64,000 nt of DNA from Eledone cirrhosa. Its lineage: Eukaryota. Positions 31,248 to 46,229 of the stretch are shown here, piece after piece; position 1 is the first letter of the stretch; every line of letters begins with the position of its first letter. The position numbers and the translations under genes were made by a program. The notes beneath the pieces are model-generated. The model did not search any database. It was not told where the DNA came from and saw only the letters and a list, made by a program, of their open reading frames with translations. The stretch covers positions 33,356,001-33,420,000 of the forward strand of contig OZ024751.1 of assembly GCA_964016885.1 (NCBI GenBank), read 5' to 3'.

Positions 31248-31755
31248 TAGAGCTTCTAGCCCCATATTTACACACACCACACACACGCATGCACACGCTT
31301 ACACCTCCACGTATTCTCTCTCTCACACACACATACACACACAAAGACCAGTTCTAACACGAGATAACATCTATCCCCCACATTTACGTATAGACATATC
31401 TTCTCACTCTCACACACACTCACATACTTACACCTTCATGCATTCTCCCACACACTTAAACAGGCATGTACAAAAAAAAAACCCTTTTAAAGGGAGACTA
31501 CTCTTTATCCCCCTAACCTTAACTCTTTGACATTAGAGATAGAACAGATACTCTATACCATTTCCTTTCAGCATGACTTGGCAAGCTATTTAGAACACTG
31601 GTTTAACCGCTTTAGTTCCCTCCGAAGAAGAGATATTATCTCGAAAATTATGGACATTTAAATAAATCTAAGGTAAAAGACTAATTGTCAACAATATCTT
31701 TTGCATTTGCATTCTATGTCCATACCTGCATTGTTTTGGCTTTATTATACATATA
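31248..31755 (+). mobile_element. 3' UTR / pseudo-LTR of the Penelope-like element, with a degenerate hammerhead-like motif at 31622-31646
   Basis: CCGAAGAA-GAGAT-ATT-ATCTC-GAAA is followed by AATAAA (31661-31666), and the segment ends in TA-rich sequence. Confidence 0.65.
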
Positions 31756-32036
31756 CAAACGTATATATATTTGTTTTGCGAGGATTTTGATATGAAATCG
31801 TGTCGAAACAAATATTGTTATACTTGGGGAGGGTCATATTGTTGTAATAAATAATATTGCCAGACTTAATAATAGATATATATATGTTTGTGTCTATATT
31901 ATATCTGTATTTTTTACCGTTGGTCAGTCAATGGTAAACATTGAGGACCGAATAAATTAACTGATATAAAAGATACAGAAGCGAAAACCAACTAAATAGT
32001 GAGTGTGTTCTGTTATTAATTTTGGCAATATTATTA

Positions 32037-32083
<47 letters not shown>

Positions 32084-34170
32084 ATCTTTAAATTGTCTGT
32101 GATGTATAATTACCACTTCTTATTCCCGCTTAACTAATTTACTAATTTAATCCCAGTAATCTTTCTGCGACCTGAACTACTAGTTCTAGTCCTGGTGACT
32201 GATTCTTTCTCTGTGTGATAAAACTAAGTTGTTCACACATGTCAGAAGCTTGTGCTACATGTAGAGAACCTCTTGAAGCTGTGGACACATTTCGTTATCC
32301 TTATATACTGTTATAGCTAAACATAAAGTATGACCTGGACGACTGATTACCGTTTGCTCAAGTCCATATATTCTCAACCAGGTACTATAGTTGGTATTTG
32401 TCAAATAGATGGAAACTTCTAAACCATTTGTTTACACATAAGTACCTCTCCTGGTCTTCGTCAAATCACACCATTCCGACACCATGGTACTCACATGAGA
32501 TTATATCTCTTTTATAAGATGGTAAAGTAATCACATTTGTACTTGGCACAACAACCCTGTTTGTAGATATTGATAGGTTCTCCATAAATCCATAGCTATG
32601 TTCCAGAAAATACTAGGATCTGTAAACATTGCTATTAAATTCTTACATGACATTTGTTAACCGTGAATATTTATATTAGCATTTTTGAGTTTCGTTAACC
32701 TTCAATATCGCAGTTAACCTCGAATATGTTGTGCGGGTTTTTTAATGTTTGTCTTGTCTGTTTTGGTCTTTTTTATCGCTTTAAGAAACCATAACTGATA
32801 AAAAAAATAGTAATTAGATAATAAATATTTATGCAAAATATAGGTTTATTAATTGGTTTATAATAAATCTAACGTAGATGTAATCACATTTTTTTTAAAT
32901 TAGAATCCTCGTTGTTGTGAAAATAATTGTTTCTATATTTGACACAAGGTCAGCAATATCAAGAGAAAATAAAAGTAGATTAAATCGTCCCCAGTGTGTG
33001 ACTGGTACTTTATTTTAACGACTTTAGCAAAGCTAACCTCAGCGTCGTGAAAATAATGAAGCATAAACCTACATTCTACTCTTCCATCTGTTCACACAAT
33101 TGTTTAGAAATAGTTGTCTCCTTATCAAAAGAGAATTACCATTATGATTCTGCCGAGAAATATTTTAAAGTGGCGGCTATTTAAGTCAAGCCGGATATAA
33201 TATAATATAATTGGTTAGTTTCATTTTCCTGTCGTGCATTAATTTAGCAGCGTAATTAATTAAAAAGTGCTTGTGTAAAATATATTATATTTCAGAAGAT
33301 TCCAGATTATTTTAATGTAATGTACTTCTTAGGATTATTTTTTGTACAAAGCTGAGAGTAAAAAGTGTATTTACACTTCAATTTTTTGTTGATAAAAAAT
33401 ATTTCCCTCTCATAGTTTCGTGCGTTAGTTTGGTTGGCAGGAGAGAACACAGAAGTATTTCAAATTCAGAGTTGGATGGATTAAATCATTCCTCAACCGA
33501 AAATACCCACACGCACACGCACACACAGACACACACACACACACGCATACACACACATATATATGCGTTTATGTTATGTTGAAAATGAGTATACATACAT
33601 GCACATTTGTGTGTGTATGTGTGTGTGCAAATAATGGAATTTTATTCCATTTTATCAGCTCGAGAGAGTTTTCATTGATCACATCTCATATATTTTTATG
33701 TGAAGTAATATCAGTTATGGAGTGTTTTCTTGTGTACTACTCAGCAATGCTGTACTACTCGGCTACATCATCAAATAAAAATTCTTCGATTTGATTAAGA
33801 AAGAAATGTTTCTATTAATATTTTTCTCGCCATCCAAAAGCACTTTTTCTTTCTTGCCAAAAGCAATATCTCTTTGTAATGGGTGAGTTTTTCAATAAAG
33901 GCAATAAACGATTAGAATGGCATCTTTTGGTCTTGTTTACTGTCCATAAAATGGGGGAAAATATTCTCTTTTGAAATATGTTAAAATCGGTACTCCCGTG
34001 AAGTGAAAACTAACAGAAATTTACATTTTTAGTTGTGGGGAGGGGAATGTGAAAAACATCTCATAACCTCTCTTTCATGTGTGAGTGTCTAGGTACATAA
34101 ATACACACACACATTAATACATACAGACATACATATATACACGTATGCATGTACACACACTCACATATGT

Positions 34171-34201
<31 letters not shown>

Positions 34202-35384
34202 CACATACATATATATATATAAATAAACTAATTTTCATTCCTGGCACCTCAATATTTAACACGCTTTTTTATAATTTTTTTAGTGAGTCTCGAAAAGTCT
34301 TTCTTGTCAGGAAATTATTTTTTGTTTCATTTGTTCCCCGTTTTCGTTCCCAGTGTTGCTTCTACCATCTTTGAAACAAGGAAAGAAGGAAAATTCTGTT
34401 ATATATATATATCTATTCATATTATTACATTAAAAGTCTATTATAGAAATAGAATTAGTTGTAATTCTATTTACTTTTCTCTCTTATGATAAAAAACATG
34501 ACTGACTGTCGTGGTTGGTGATAAGGTAATTTGAAACTACAAAACAACCAAAAGTGAGGAAGTTGTTTATACACTTTCGCTTCATAGATCTCTCTCTCTC
34601 TCTTGAAGAAAGAATGAAAGAAATATAAACGATGTATATATAGGACTAATCAATCTTGGCTTGTTTTTTTATATATATATTTCTCTTTTTATTTCCTTTT
34701 ATTTTAATTTATTTTGTTATATTTCTAGTTTATACAAATATAAGATTTGTTTCCTAGTAACTTTTATATATTTTATTTTGTATTTTATATTCATTTTTAT
34801 TCTCTATTTATTTTATATTTTTATTTTATATTTCTATTTTAATTTATTATTTTATATTTCTATTTTATATTTTTTCTTGGCAAGCTCTGAAACATTTCAA
34901 TATTGCTTATTGTAGAGTAAAATGAAACGTGTTTTTCAGCTTGTATTTTGTTTTTAAAAAAAATTTAATTTTAGAAATGTAAGTGAATCAATTTCATATT
35001 CATCTTAACATCATGTTGATTAAGCTGGAAATAACCGGTAGATGTCAGTTTTCAGCACACATTTATTAATAGTATCAACTGGAAACACCTTCTTCAATCA
35101 TTACTATTCCTACAACTGTCAGAATTCTATGAAGATAAAAAAAATTGTTATGCCATGAATAGTTATAGTATGGTTTAGACTATAAATATTTGCATTGCAC
35201 AGTGCACAGTGCATATTGCACATTTTAGACTGCACATTGCAAATTGAAGGCGGGCTAGAAGAGGGATGGCCATTCCTCGCAGGTATGGAAACACAAACAC
35301 AAAACACACACACACACAGAACACACACATATATTAAATGCATGTTTATATCAAGTAGATATTTATGTGTGATTTTGTGTGTGT

Positions 35385-35567
35385 ATATATATATATATAT
35401 TAGATGTATATATAATATATATATACATGTATAATGTACATATACAGACACACACACATATATATATATGTATATATATATATGTAGATACCTAAATTTA
35501 TATATATATATACATAAATTTATATATATATATATATTATACATGTATATGTAGGTATATATATATT

Positions 35568-35614
<47 letters not shown>

Positions 35615-35674
35615 AATATATATATATATATATCTATGTATATATATATATATCTATGTATATATATATATATC

Positions 35675-35705
<31 letters not shown>

Positions 35706-35706
35706 C

Positions 35707-35746
<40 letters not shown>

Positions 35747-35899
35747 GATATATATATATATATATATACATAGATATAGATATATATATACATAGATATA
35801 TATATATACATAAATATATATATATATATATACATAGATATATATATATACATACATAGATATATATATATATATACATAGATATATATACATACATAG

Positions 35900-35934
<35 letters not shown>

Positions 35935-36640
35935 CATAGATATATATACATACATAGATATATATATATATATACATAGATATATATATATACATAAATA
36001 TATATATATATATACATAGATATATATATATATACATAGATATATATATATATATACATAGATATATATATATATATACATAGATATATATATATATACA
36101 TAAATATATATATATATATACATAGATATATATATATACATAGATATATATATATACATAGATATATATATATACATAGATATATATATATACATAGATA
36201 TATATATATACATAAATATATATATATATACATAGATATATATATACATAGATATATATATATATATACATAGATATATATACATAAATATATATATATA
36301 TACATAAATATATATATATATACATAGATATATATATATATACATAGATATATATATATATACATAAATATATATATATATATACACATATATATAAATA
36401 TACATATATATATATATTATACATATATTATGTAGGTATATATATGTATATATTATGTAGGTATATATGTATATATTATGTAGGTATATATGTATATATT
36501 ATGTAGGTATATATGTATATATTATGTAGGTATATATATATGTATATATTATATAGGTATATACATATATATGTGTGTGTGTGCATGTGTGTGTGTGTGT
36601 GTGAATGCATGTGTGTGTATGTATATATATATTAAGTAGG

Positions 36641-36672
<32 letters not shown>
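35385..36672. repeat. (TA)n array with CATAGA units
   Basis: Direct inspection. Confidence 0.96.
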
Positions 36673-36673
<1 letters not shown>

Positions 36674-37193
36674 ACGTGTTAATAGACACGGATGTAAACT
36701 GTCAACAGTCTTTGATATTTCTGCCAACACAAATACCTTGTTTTCTCTTTTCCTTGTTTTCTCTTTTCCTTGTTTCGCTATTTTTTATCTCTTGTTTATA
36801 TATTTATTTGTCAAAATATGCTGCATCAGTCTCTGTAGACGTTGGTCCATCTATCAAAATATGTTCCTACAACAACAACAACAATAACAGACATTACACC
36901 AACAACTATGTATATATTTGAACAAAAATGATAGTAGAGTATGTGTGGATTTGCTGTAATTGTGTGTATATAGAGCCTTATGTTTGTATCTGAACATGTG
37001 ATCTTTCATGGCTGCGGGTTCGACCTGAATGTGCAGCACCTTCAGCAAGTATTTCTACTATTAACACTAGTAAGTCGCTGCTAAGGAGACTGTACAGAAG
37101 CCTGTCAAATTGACACTAGATATAATTCAATGGACCAATCTTAACACAGTTTTACGCTGATTGTGCCAGAGAAATATATTAAGGCTGCATATG

Positions 37194-37275
37194 TAGGGTG
37201 TCCCAGAAAAATGTATGTATACACATATTTATTAGAATGTTGTTGAAGTGTGTATACATTTTAAGAGTCATCCTG
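37194..37275. mobile_element. Tc1/mariner-like MITE remnant
   Basis: Degenerate TIRs TAGGGTGTCCCAGAAAAATGTA / TACATTTTAAGAGTCATCCTG, followed by TA. Confidence 0.55.
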
Positions 37276-38337
37276 TATATGTGGACGTAGGGATAAGTGA
37301 GTAGTTAAGAGGTTCATTTCCCAATCATGAGTTTCCGGGGTGAAAGCCACTACATACCATTATAGGCACGTGTCTTTACTGTCTTCCTGGGTCAACATTT
37401 TTCAGGGAAATTTAGTAGTCTGAATATGTGTGAAAATAGATTGTACCTGAAATTCAAATGTCCGGTCTTACCACTCTGTTTCAGCCTGCAAATTACGTTG
37501 AAAGTACACGTGTTTAAGTGGAATATTCAACCATGTTCAATTGATTGATCAAGAACAAGTTCATCGTCGAAACGAACGATGGATCCATCAGAAATCTCTG
37601 TGGAATACTCAGCCAGTTATACTATAATGCAAATGAGAAAACAGTTCAATTTATCTAAATACCTGAACCAACACTAATCATCGTCGCAACTGACGTGGGA
37701 TCTATCAAATCCTGTTATTAGTATCAAGTGCTATCAGTTTATGACTGTCAACATATTTGTCATCATATTTTGTGAAAATAACTTAAAATATAATTTTAAA
37801 AAACAGGTAAAACCGAAAAAGCAAAACACAGGAAAACAGAAAAAGCGAAAAGAGAATGGCTTGGAATTTAAAATTATTTTTCATTCGATATTTTGCTGAC
37901 ATTTACAATTAGGCGCAACGGAATCCTCCTAATAGTTGCATGTCTTCAAACTCCTTATTGCAAATATATAATTAAATATTAATGATTTTAATGAGATATC
38001 ATTTTTTGACATGTGGTTAAAATGAGTAATGTGATACATAGGGGGAGGACAAGCTAATGAATTACTATAAGGTATGGATGATGGCTTTACAGTGGTGGTG
38101 GTGGTGGTGGTAACAACAGTTGGTGTTGCTAGTGGTGATAGTGGTTATGGTAGTAGTGCTAGTGGTGGTGATGGTGGTAGTGCTGGTAGTAGTGGTGGTG
38201 GTGGTGGTAGTAGCAACAGTAGTTGGTGTTGCTGGAGGTGATGATGTTCAAGACATCCTCCATTTAAGTCAATGAGAAGAGAATTCTGATCTTTATCCCA
38301 TTCGTTCCCACTTTCATTTTTTCTGTCTCCTTCAATG

Positions 38338-38404
<67 letters not shown>

Positions 38405-38460
38405 GTATCTCTTTCTACCACTCTCTCACCATCTCTCTCTCTCCTTCTCCATCTATCTAT

Positions 38461-38508
<48 letters not shown>

Positions 38509-38623
38509 GAAAAACAAAGTTGATCAATTTTAAATGAGTACTCAATACATATTAATTAGAATTAATCTGTACAGAGCATACCTTTTTACCGAGCTAAATT
38601 CACCTCCCGATGACCCTAATATA

Positions 38624-38663
<40 letters not shown>

Positions 38664-38767
38664 CACATATATATACACCGCAATAAAAACACCACTACTT
38701 ACAAGCTCTGGGGCTATTAATCACTACTAGATTCACTGTCCCTGTTAATAACGCACACACACACACT

Positions 38768-38803
<36 letters not shown>

Positions 38804-38904
38804 CACACACACACACTTATATATATATATACATATATATGTATACATACACACACTTATATATATATATAATGTATATATATATGTATATATATATTAT
38901 ATGT

Positions 38905-38949
<45 letters not shown>

Positions 38950-39124
38950 GTATATATATATATATATATATAATATATATAATATATATGTATGTGGAAA
39001 GTTATATTTAAATTGTTGGGTTACAACTAGTAAATATTTATAACTGATATAAAAGCACTCGACAAGTATTTGGAGTATATTTACGATATTAAATAAATGG
39101 AAACTATATTTATAAAACCATATT

Positions 39125-39190
39125 TATTTCATTATATATATTTCAGGGATATCATATTAACAATATGCTATGCCTTCCTCAGACAAAATA
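39125..39190 (-). ncRNA. Minimal type I hammerhead motif (mirror copy in the left palindrome arm)
   Basis: Reverse complement of 39351-39416. Confidence 0.75.
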
Positions 39191-39350
39191 CAATATAGAC
39201 AGTTTTATAGATAAATAGATTTGACATACCGTTCAACATCGACTTGTATTTGAAAAGTTGATTTGGCAGATCTGCCAAATCAACTTTTCAAATACAAGTC
39301 GATGTTGAACGGTATGTCAAATCTATTTATCTATAAAACTGTTTATATTG

Positions 39351-39416
39351 TATTTTGTCTGAGGAAGGCATAGCATATTGTTAATATGATATCCCTGAAA
39401 TATATATAATGAAATA
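39351..39416 (+). ncRNA. Minimal type I hammerhead ribozyme motif
   Basis: Stem I TATTTTGT/ATGAAATA; core CTGAGGA; stem II AGG-C-ATAGCATATT-gtt-AATATGATAT-C-CCT; GAAA; palindromic TATATA; AUA triplet. Confidence 0.75.
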
Positions 39417-39459
39417 AATATGGTTTTATAAATATAGTTTCCATTTATTTAATATCGTA

Positions 39460-40724
39460 TAATATATATGTATATATATAATATATATAATATATATGTA
39501 TATATATAATATATATAATATATATGTATGTATATATATATATAATATATATGTATATATATATAATATATATGTATATATATAATATATATAATATGTA
39601 TATATATATATAATATATATGTATATATATATAATATATATGTATATATATAATATATATAATATATATGTATATATATAATATATATGTATATATATAT
39701 AATATATATAATATATATGTATATATATAATATATATGTATATATATATAATATATATAATATATATGTATATATATATAATATATATAATATATATGTA
39801 TATATATATAATATATATAATATATATGTATATATATATAATATATATAATATATATGTATATATATATAATATATATAATATATATGTATATATATATA
39901 ATATATATAATATATATGTATATATATATAATATATATAATATATATGTATATATATAATATATATAATATATATGTATATATATAATATATATGTATAT
40001 ATATAATATATAATATATATGTATATATATAATATATAATATATATGTATATATATAATATATATGTATATGTATATATATAATATATATGTATATATAT
40101 AATATATATGTATATATATAATATATATGTATATATATAATATATATGTATATATATAATATATATGTATATATATAATATATATGTATATATATATATA
40201 TATATACATATATATTATATATATATATACATATATATTATATATATACATATATATTATATATATACATATATATTATATATATACATATATATTATAT
40301 ATTATACATATATATTATATATATACATATATATTATATATTATACATATATATTATATATATACATATATATTATATATTATACATATATATTATATAT
40401 ATACATATATATTATATATTATACATATATATTATATATATATACATATATATTATATATATATACATATATATTATATATATTCATATATATTATATAT
40501 ATATATATATACATATATATTATATATATTCATATATATTATATATATATATATACATATATATTATATATATTCATATATATTATATATATACATATAT
40601 ATTATATATATACATATATATTATATATATACATATATATTATATATATACATATATATCATATATATATATATATATATTATATATATACATATATATT
40701 ATATATATATATATGTATATATAT

Positions 40725-40755
<31 letters not shown>

Positions 40756-40810
40756 TATATATATATATATATGTATGTATATATATTATATATATATATA
40801 TATATGTGTG
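39460..40810. repeat. (TA)n-derived array with an internal polarity switch near 40200
   Basis: TATGTATATATATAA units give way to their reverse complement TTATATATATACATA. Confidence 0.93.
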
Positions 40811-41295
40811 TAGATATGTTCCATTTAAAGCGTAAACGTCTGGAATATTTAACATATTTTCAATACTTGCCTGAATGGCTTGTAGCCAACTGCGAGATCA
40901 CTTTTTATATTTTTACCATTTTATAGCAATTACACAAGTCATTATTGAGTTCATAACTCCAACAGAAATGTACTCTACAGTCTCAGTTCCTAACTAATAA
41001 GATTCTACTTCTAGTTTCTATCTTATTGCTGTTGGCTTTTTTCTCGGTTATTTTTTCAGTGTCGTTGTTGTCCTGTCCAGCCATGTTGTTTGTAACAAAT
41101 CTCTGCCTGGTTAAATTCAAGTTTGAGACGAATTTTACTCCATCTTGAATAAAAGGTTTCATCAACGAATGTAGTCATTAAAATAACAAGTTATTTAACA
41201 TGGCTGATAGATGGAGTTAATGACAGAGATAGTTATAATCATAAAATTGAATGAAAAGATTCCCATGTCAATCATACGTCTGCTTCTCTTATCTA

Positions 41296-41329
<34 letters not shown>

Positions 41330-41712
41330 GTGTGTGTGTGGACGTATGTATATATGGATGTATATATATACATGTATGTATGTATATTTATATATTTATG
41401 GACATATGTATGTACGAAGGTATGTGTATACGGAAGTATGTGTGTATGTATATATGTATGTATGTATGTATGTATATATATGCATGTGTATATATGTATG
41501 TAAGTATATATGTGTATATATGTATATATATATGTATATACACATATATGTGTATATACATATATATATGTGTGTGTGTGTATATATATATATTAAATAT
41601 ATATATATATATATATGAGAGAGTGAAAGAGACATACCTAATTACATACATTCATTTATATATATATATATATATACATATAGGGAGAAGGTGGGGGGGG
41701 GGGATATACATC

Positions 41713-41746
<34 letters not shown>

Positions 41747-42455
41747 CAGGCATGCCTTATTATGAGTAACTGTATTACTAGTAACATGGAACTGAATTCA
41801 AATCTAGCTTCTTATTATATTACATGAATGTCATTATGTAATTCTGCCATCTCAGCTGGTGAATAATATTGAAAGTTCATGTTCGACAAACAGACCCTAC
41901 GTTTATCCATGCAATATAATTACTAAGATTGTTTACTCACCATATAGTTAGCTTCGTTCTTTTAGGCTGCTTTTCCCCTCTTGCTTATACTAAGCAGAAA
42001 CGACAGGTATGTTTATATAAATAAAAAAGACGAAAGTGCCAGCGTTGTAGGTGAAGGTGAAGGTGGAGTTCACTGCCCTAACCTCATAAGCTGGTATATG
42101 TGCAAACATACACATACACACACACACAGTGGGTGACAAACACACACTCCTTCCTCCAGAAACGAATTACGCACACACACATATACAAACACACTAAAAC
42201 ACACACATATATATATATATTTATATATAGACTGGCAGATAGATAGATAGATATATGATTTTACAGATCGATACGATATTATGATGCATAGTGGCATCTT
42301 ATATTTTCTCAACTCTGCCGCACACAGACCTGCACGATAATAAAAGACGTGAACACTGAAATTAGAGTGAATTCAATATGATACAACAGTGAAGGAACAA
42401 TTCCCAAACAGAACCTACCAGGGCGAATGTGGCATTCAAGAGTTTCAACTAGAAC

Positions 42456-42505
<50 letters not shown>

Positions 42506-43499
42506 GTATGTATGTATGTATATATAAATCAGTCTTTTAAGGGGCTACAGTCTTTTAAGGGGCTACAGCAATCCATCTAGGGCGGTAATTATCAACAAGA
42601 ACAAAACTATGATGCCAACCTAAATGGAATAATCTCTTTTTCTTACCAAATCTCTATTCCTCGATAAATGTTTGCTTTCCCTGGACACGCGCCTTTTTTC
42701 TACACTAATTCAATGGAAAATAAGGAACTGGTGTATTATTCAATATAAATATAGTTCCTTTATATTTATTAGAATGTTATTTCTGTTAAAATGGTGTTTT
42801 ATTTTGAAATAGCAATGGCATACTGTCTCAAGATTTTGTAATTGAATTATTTACGAAGAATTTGTGAGTTTGATGAAGAAGATTTGATTGCTATATCGAA
42901 CAGGTGAGGCGATTTCCTAGAAATCTTATTGATAGCTGGAAGAAGAAAGAGAGAAAGATTTGAATATTTCAAAGACTTTATGATTATTTCGATGATTTTG
43001 TCCAATATTTTATGTCCAATATTTTATGTCCATTAACTTAGACCAAGAAGGTTATTAATTTCCTTGAATCAATAAAGAAATAGTAAATTCCTTTAACTTT
43101 TAGAGAACTTAGTTTTGATTGTATATCTGAGAGTCTAGAAGAGAGACTAACATAAAATCTACTTCTAAAGTTAGGTTGTTGTTGTTGTCTGTTGCTACTG
43201 CTGTTGTTGTTGATGATGATGATGATGAAGTACTTGTTTCTGATAATGATGTGTGACCCCAGGTCAGTTTGATTGATCAGGCTTATGATGAAATGTATTC
43301 CAGTCTTGACAATCATATATTTTAGAGTTATGTAGGACTACATCATCTAATGTCTTTTCCTGAGACGACGAGGCATAATTTTAGAGGGGAGAATCAGTAA
43401 ATGACAACACACAGTCAATATTGTTGTTATCTTTGTTATGAACTACAGGTTTAGCAAAAATCATTGGATTGGCCTCTTGATGTTTCTGATAAAATACAC

Positions 43500-43937
43500 T
43501 TTCCAAAGATGCCAGGTATTGGGATCGAACCCGGAACATTGTGGTTGCGAAGCAAACTATTTAACTCTTCACCAATGCCTCTGTCCACGGAGAATGGACT
43601 AAAGAGAAAATAATCACGAACGGCTTTATGGGGGAGTGTTCCAGTTGTTGGATCAACGGGACAGCCTACTCGTTAAATTAATATGCACGTGGCTGAGTAT
43701 TCAACAGATACGTGTATCTTTAAAATAATTCTCAGGGAGATTCAGCTTCATATAACATGTAACAAGACTAGACATCTGATGAGATTCCACACTGTTTCTA
43801 TCTACCCAATTCCACTTCCAAGACTCGGGTCAACCCAACGCTAGGGTGATTACATTTAACCAAGATTCCACAGAGATGTAACCAGGAACCTTATGAACGC
43901 AAAACGAACCTCATGACCATTCAGCCATGATTGCCTC
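43500..43937 (-). mobile_element. Two SINE family B copies flanking another dispersed repeat
   Basis: GGGATCGAACCCGG (reverse B box) at about 43521. The middle segment 43630-43770 resembles 37455-37670 reversed. Confidence 0.55.
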
Positions 43938-44484
43938 CACAGAGAATGGAATAATGTGTTTCTAATTGCGCTATAAAATATTATCTATGAACTAACTATC
44001 GACCTATTTTCACTATATTTGATATTTAGATAGAATAAGGAAGGAGTGTTTGGTATTTTAGCAACAATTTTCTGTAAAACAAACAACTTATTTTCCATGG
44101 CCAAAAAATAAGAAGAAAGAAAAGAAATACACATATGTCAGCCAGTAAAAATAGATTGGAATTTTATCGTTGACTAAAACTGTTTAGATAGGAAATAAAT
44201 TTGCTAAAATTAGCGAATTCCCGAGGACAAGCAACATACATTTTCACCAAATCTGAAATATCTCTGCAAACCCAAGGGAAAGCAAGTTAAAATAGAAAAC
44301 AACAGAGAAAACTGTGCTTTATTTCTCTCTCTCCTCTCTCTCTCTCTCTCACACACACTCTTCCTCGTTCACTTTCTCTCTCACTCTTTCCCTATATATC
44401 ATTCTCTCTCCCTTTCTCTCTCTCTCTTCTCTCTCCTTTCTCTCTCACTCTTCCTCATTCTCTTTCTCTCTCACTCTTTCACTA

Positions 44485-44542
<58 letters not shown>

Positions 44543-45464
44543 TAGATATTTCCAAGGATCTTAGCTATCTTCAGAAATAACACTGGAGAAGCCAACCATA
44601 TCGAAGAAGCCGGCAAATTTTTCATTGAAAGGATTGCAAGAAATTTCCACTTTTGAAAAAGCTATCGATCGCTGTTTATGTTCGATTTCAAGGCGGCAGC
44701 AATGACCACAGCAAACATTCTCCAATAACCGGCTCTTAGAAACGCCGTATTCACTGCTAAGATTTGGTCAGATAACTACTACTACTACTACTACTACTAC
44801 TGTTAGTGTTACTACTACTACTACTACTACTACTACTACAAAACCAATCCAGAACAAGAGAAAAGAAATAATCTGCCAGTTTAATTACTCTCGTAGCTAT
44901 CTCCATCTCGCTCGTTCGGCCCCTGCCTGTGTACAAATGTATATGTGCTAGCATATATATATATGTGTGTGTGTGTGTGTGTTATACCAGTGAGTGATTC
45001 TGGTGAACTTCAACAATCATCAAACACTGCTTGATTGATTTCACTAAAAGTATCAGGAATGGTGAAGACGAGGAACATGACATAGTGAAAGATCTCCATA
45101 TTGTTCTGTAGAGTTCTTTTGTTTGAATCACATCATACATTGCACACAGAGAGAACGACAGAGAGTTCGATAGACAGACAAAGAATCAGATAGATAGGGG
45201 AGAGAGAGAGAGAGAGAGTGGTAAATATATAGAGATGGAGGGAGAGAGAGAGATAGATAGGTAGATCAGGTAGATAGTTTGATAGATAAATAGAGAGAAA
45301 GCGAGTAAAAAAGAGAGATAGAAGCAGAGAGAGTTTGGCTGGATTGTAGTTATCTAATACAGTACTGTTTGCATGTTTGCTGAGGTAGATGGCTAGCAGA
45401 CGATATTACAATGAGAGGCTTAGCTTCCTTTATAATGTGCGTGTGTCTGCGTCCACCTGTATAA

Positions 45465-45523
<59 letters not shown>

Positions 45524-45584
45524 TTGTATATCTGTGTGTGCGGTTAATATAATCTCATGAAGACTAAATTAAAAACAATTCGAG

Positions 45585-45640
<56 letters not shown>

Positions 45641-46182
45641 GTACGTATTTAAATACACATATATAGATACATGTCTATACGTACGCATACATACACATAT
45701 ATATTTATATATATATTTCTACATATGTACGTATATGTAAGTGTGTGTCTGTTAGTGTGTGTATCTGTATGTGTTAGTGCCTGTATATATACATTAGTGT
45801 GTTAGTGTATATATCTATATAAGTTTGTACTAGTGTGTATATCTGTGAGTGTTTGCAAGGAATAATAAGCAAAGAGGGAGCAGATACCTTATTGATTTCT
45901 GCCTTAACGTCTTCAACTGCATCTACTCGGAATAATGCTTTGTTGCATGTGACCAACTAAATGTACATATTAAGAATTACCAATTGATTCTTCTTTGCTT
46001 TCGGCCTTACTAATCCTCCATACAAACCTGCTTCTCTATTTCTTTTCTATTGTGTGCCCGAAACAGCTGATTGTATGTATGTCTGTTTGTGTGTAGGTAT
46101 ATGTGTGTATATGTGTGTGCGGGCATGTGTGTATGTATTTATATATGTATGTATTTGTGTGTACATGTATGTTTTGTATGTA

Positions 46183-46229
<47 letters not shown>

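Larger units (their letters stand above)
38991..39459 (-). mobile_element. Penelope-type pLTR foldback element: spacer-less palindrome 39082-39459 plus a single-copy tail
   Basis: 189-bp arms centred on TTGGCAGA|TCTGCCAA (39270/39271), with one mismatch seen (39198 vs 39343). Flanked by TA arrays and homologous to 51011-51433 in the opposite orientation. Confidence 0.85.

Noticed and set aside
43776-43800. CTGATGAG hammerhead core
   Set aside because: No stem II or GAAA follows; it lies at the end of a SINE B copy.
45889-45957. Possible minus-strand exon LVTCNKALFRVDAVEDVKAEINK
   Set aside because: Weak splice signals, no recognisable homology and no supporting neighbouring exons.
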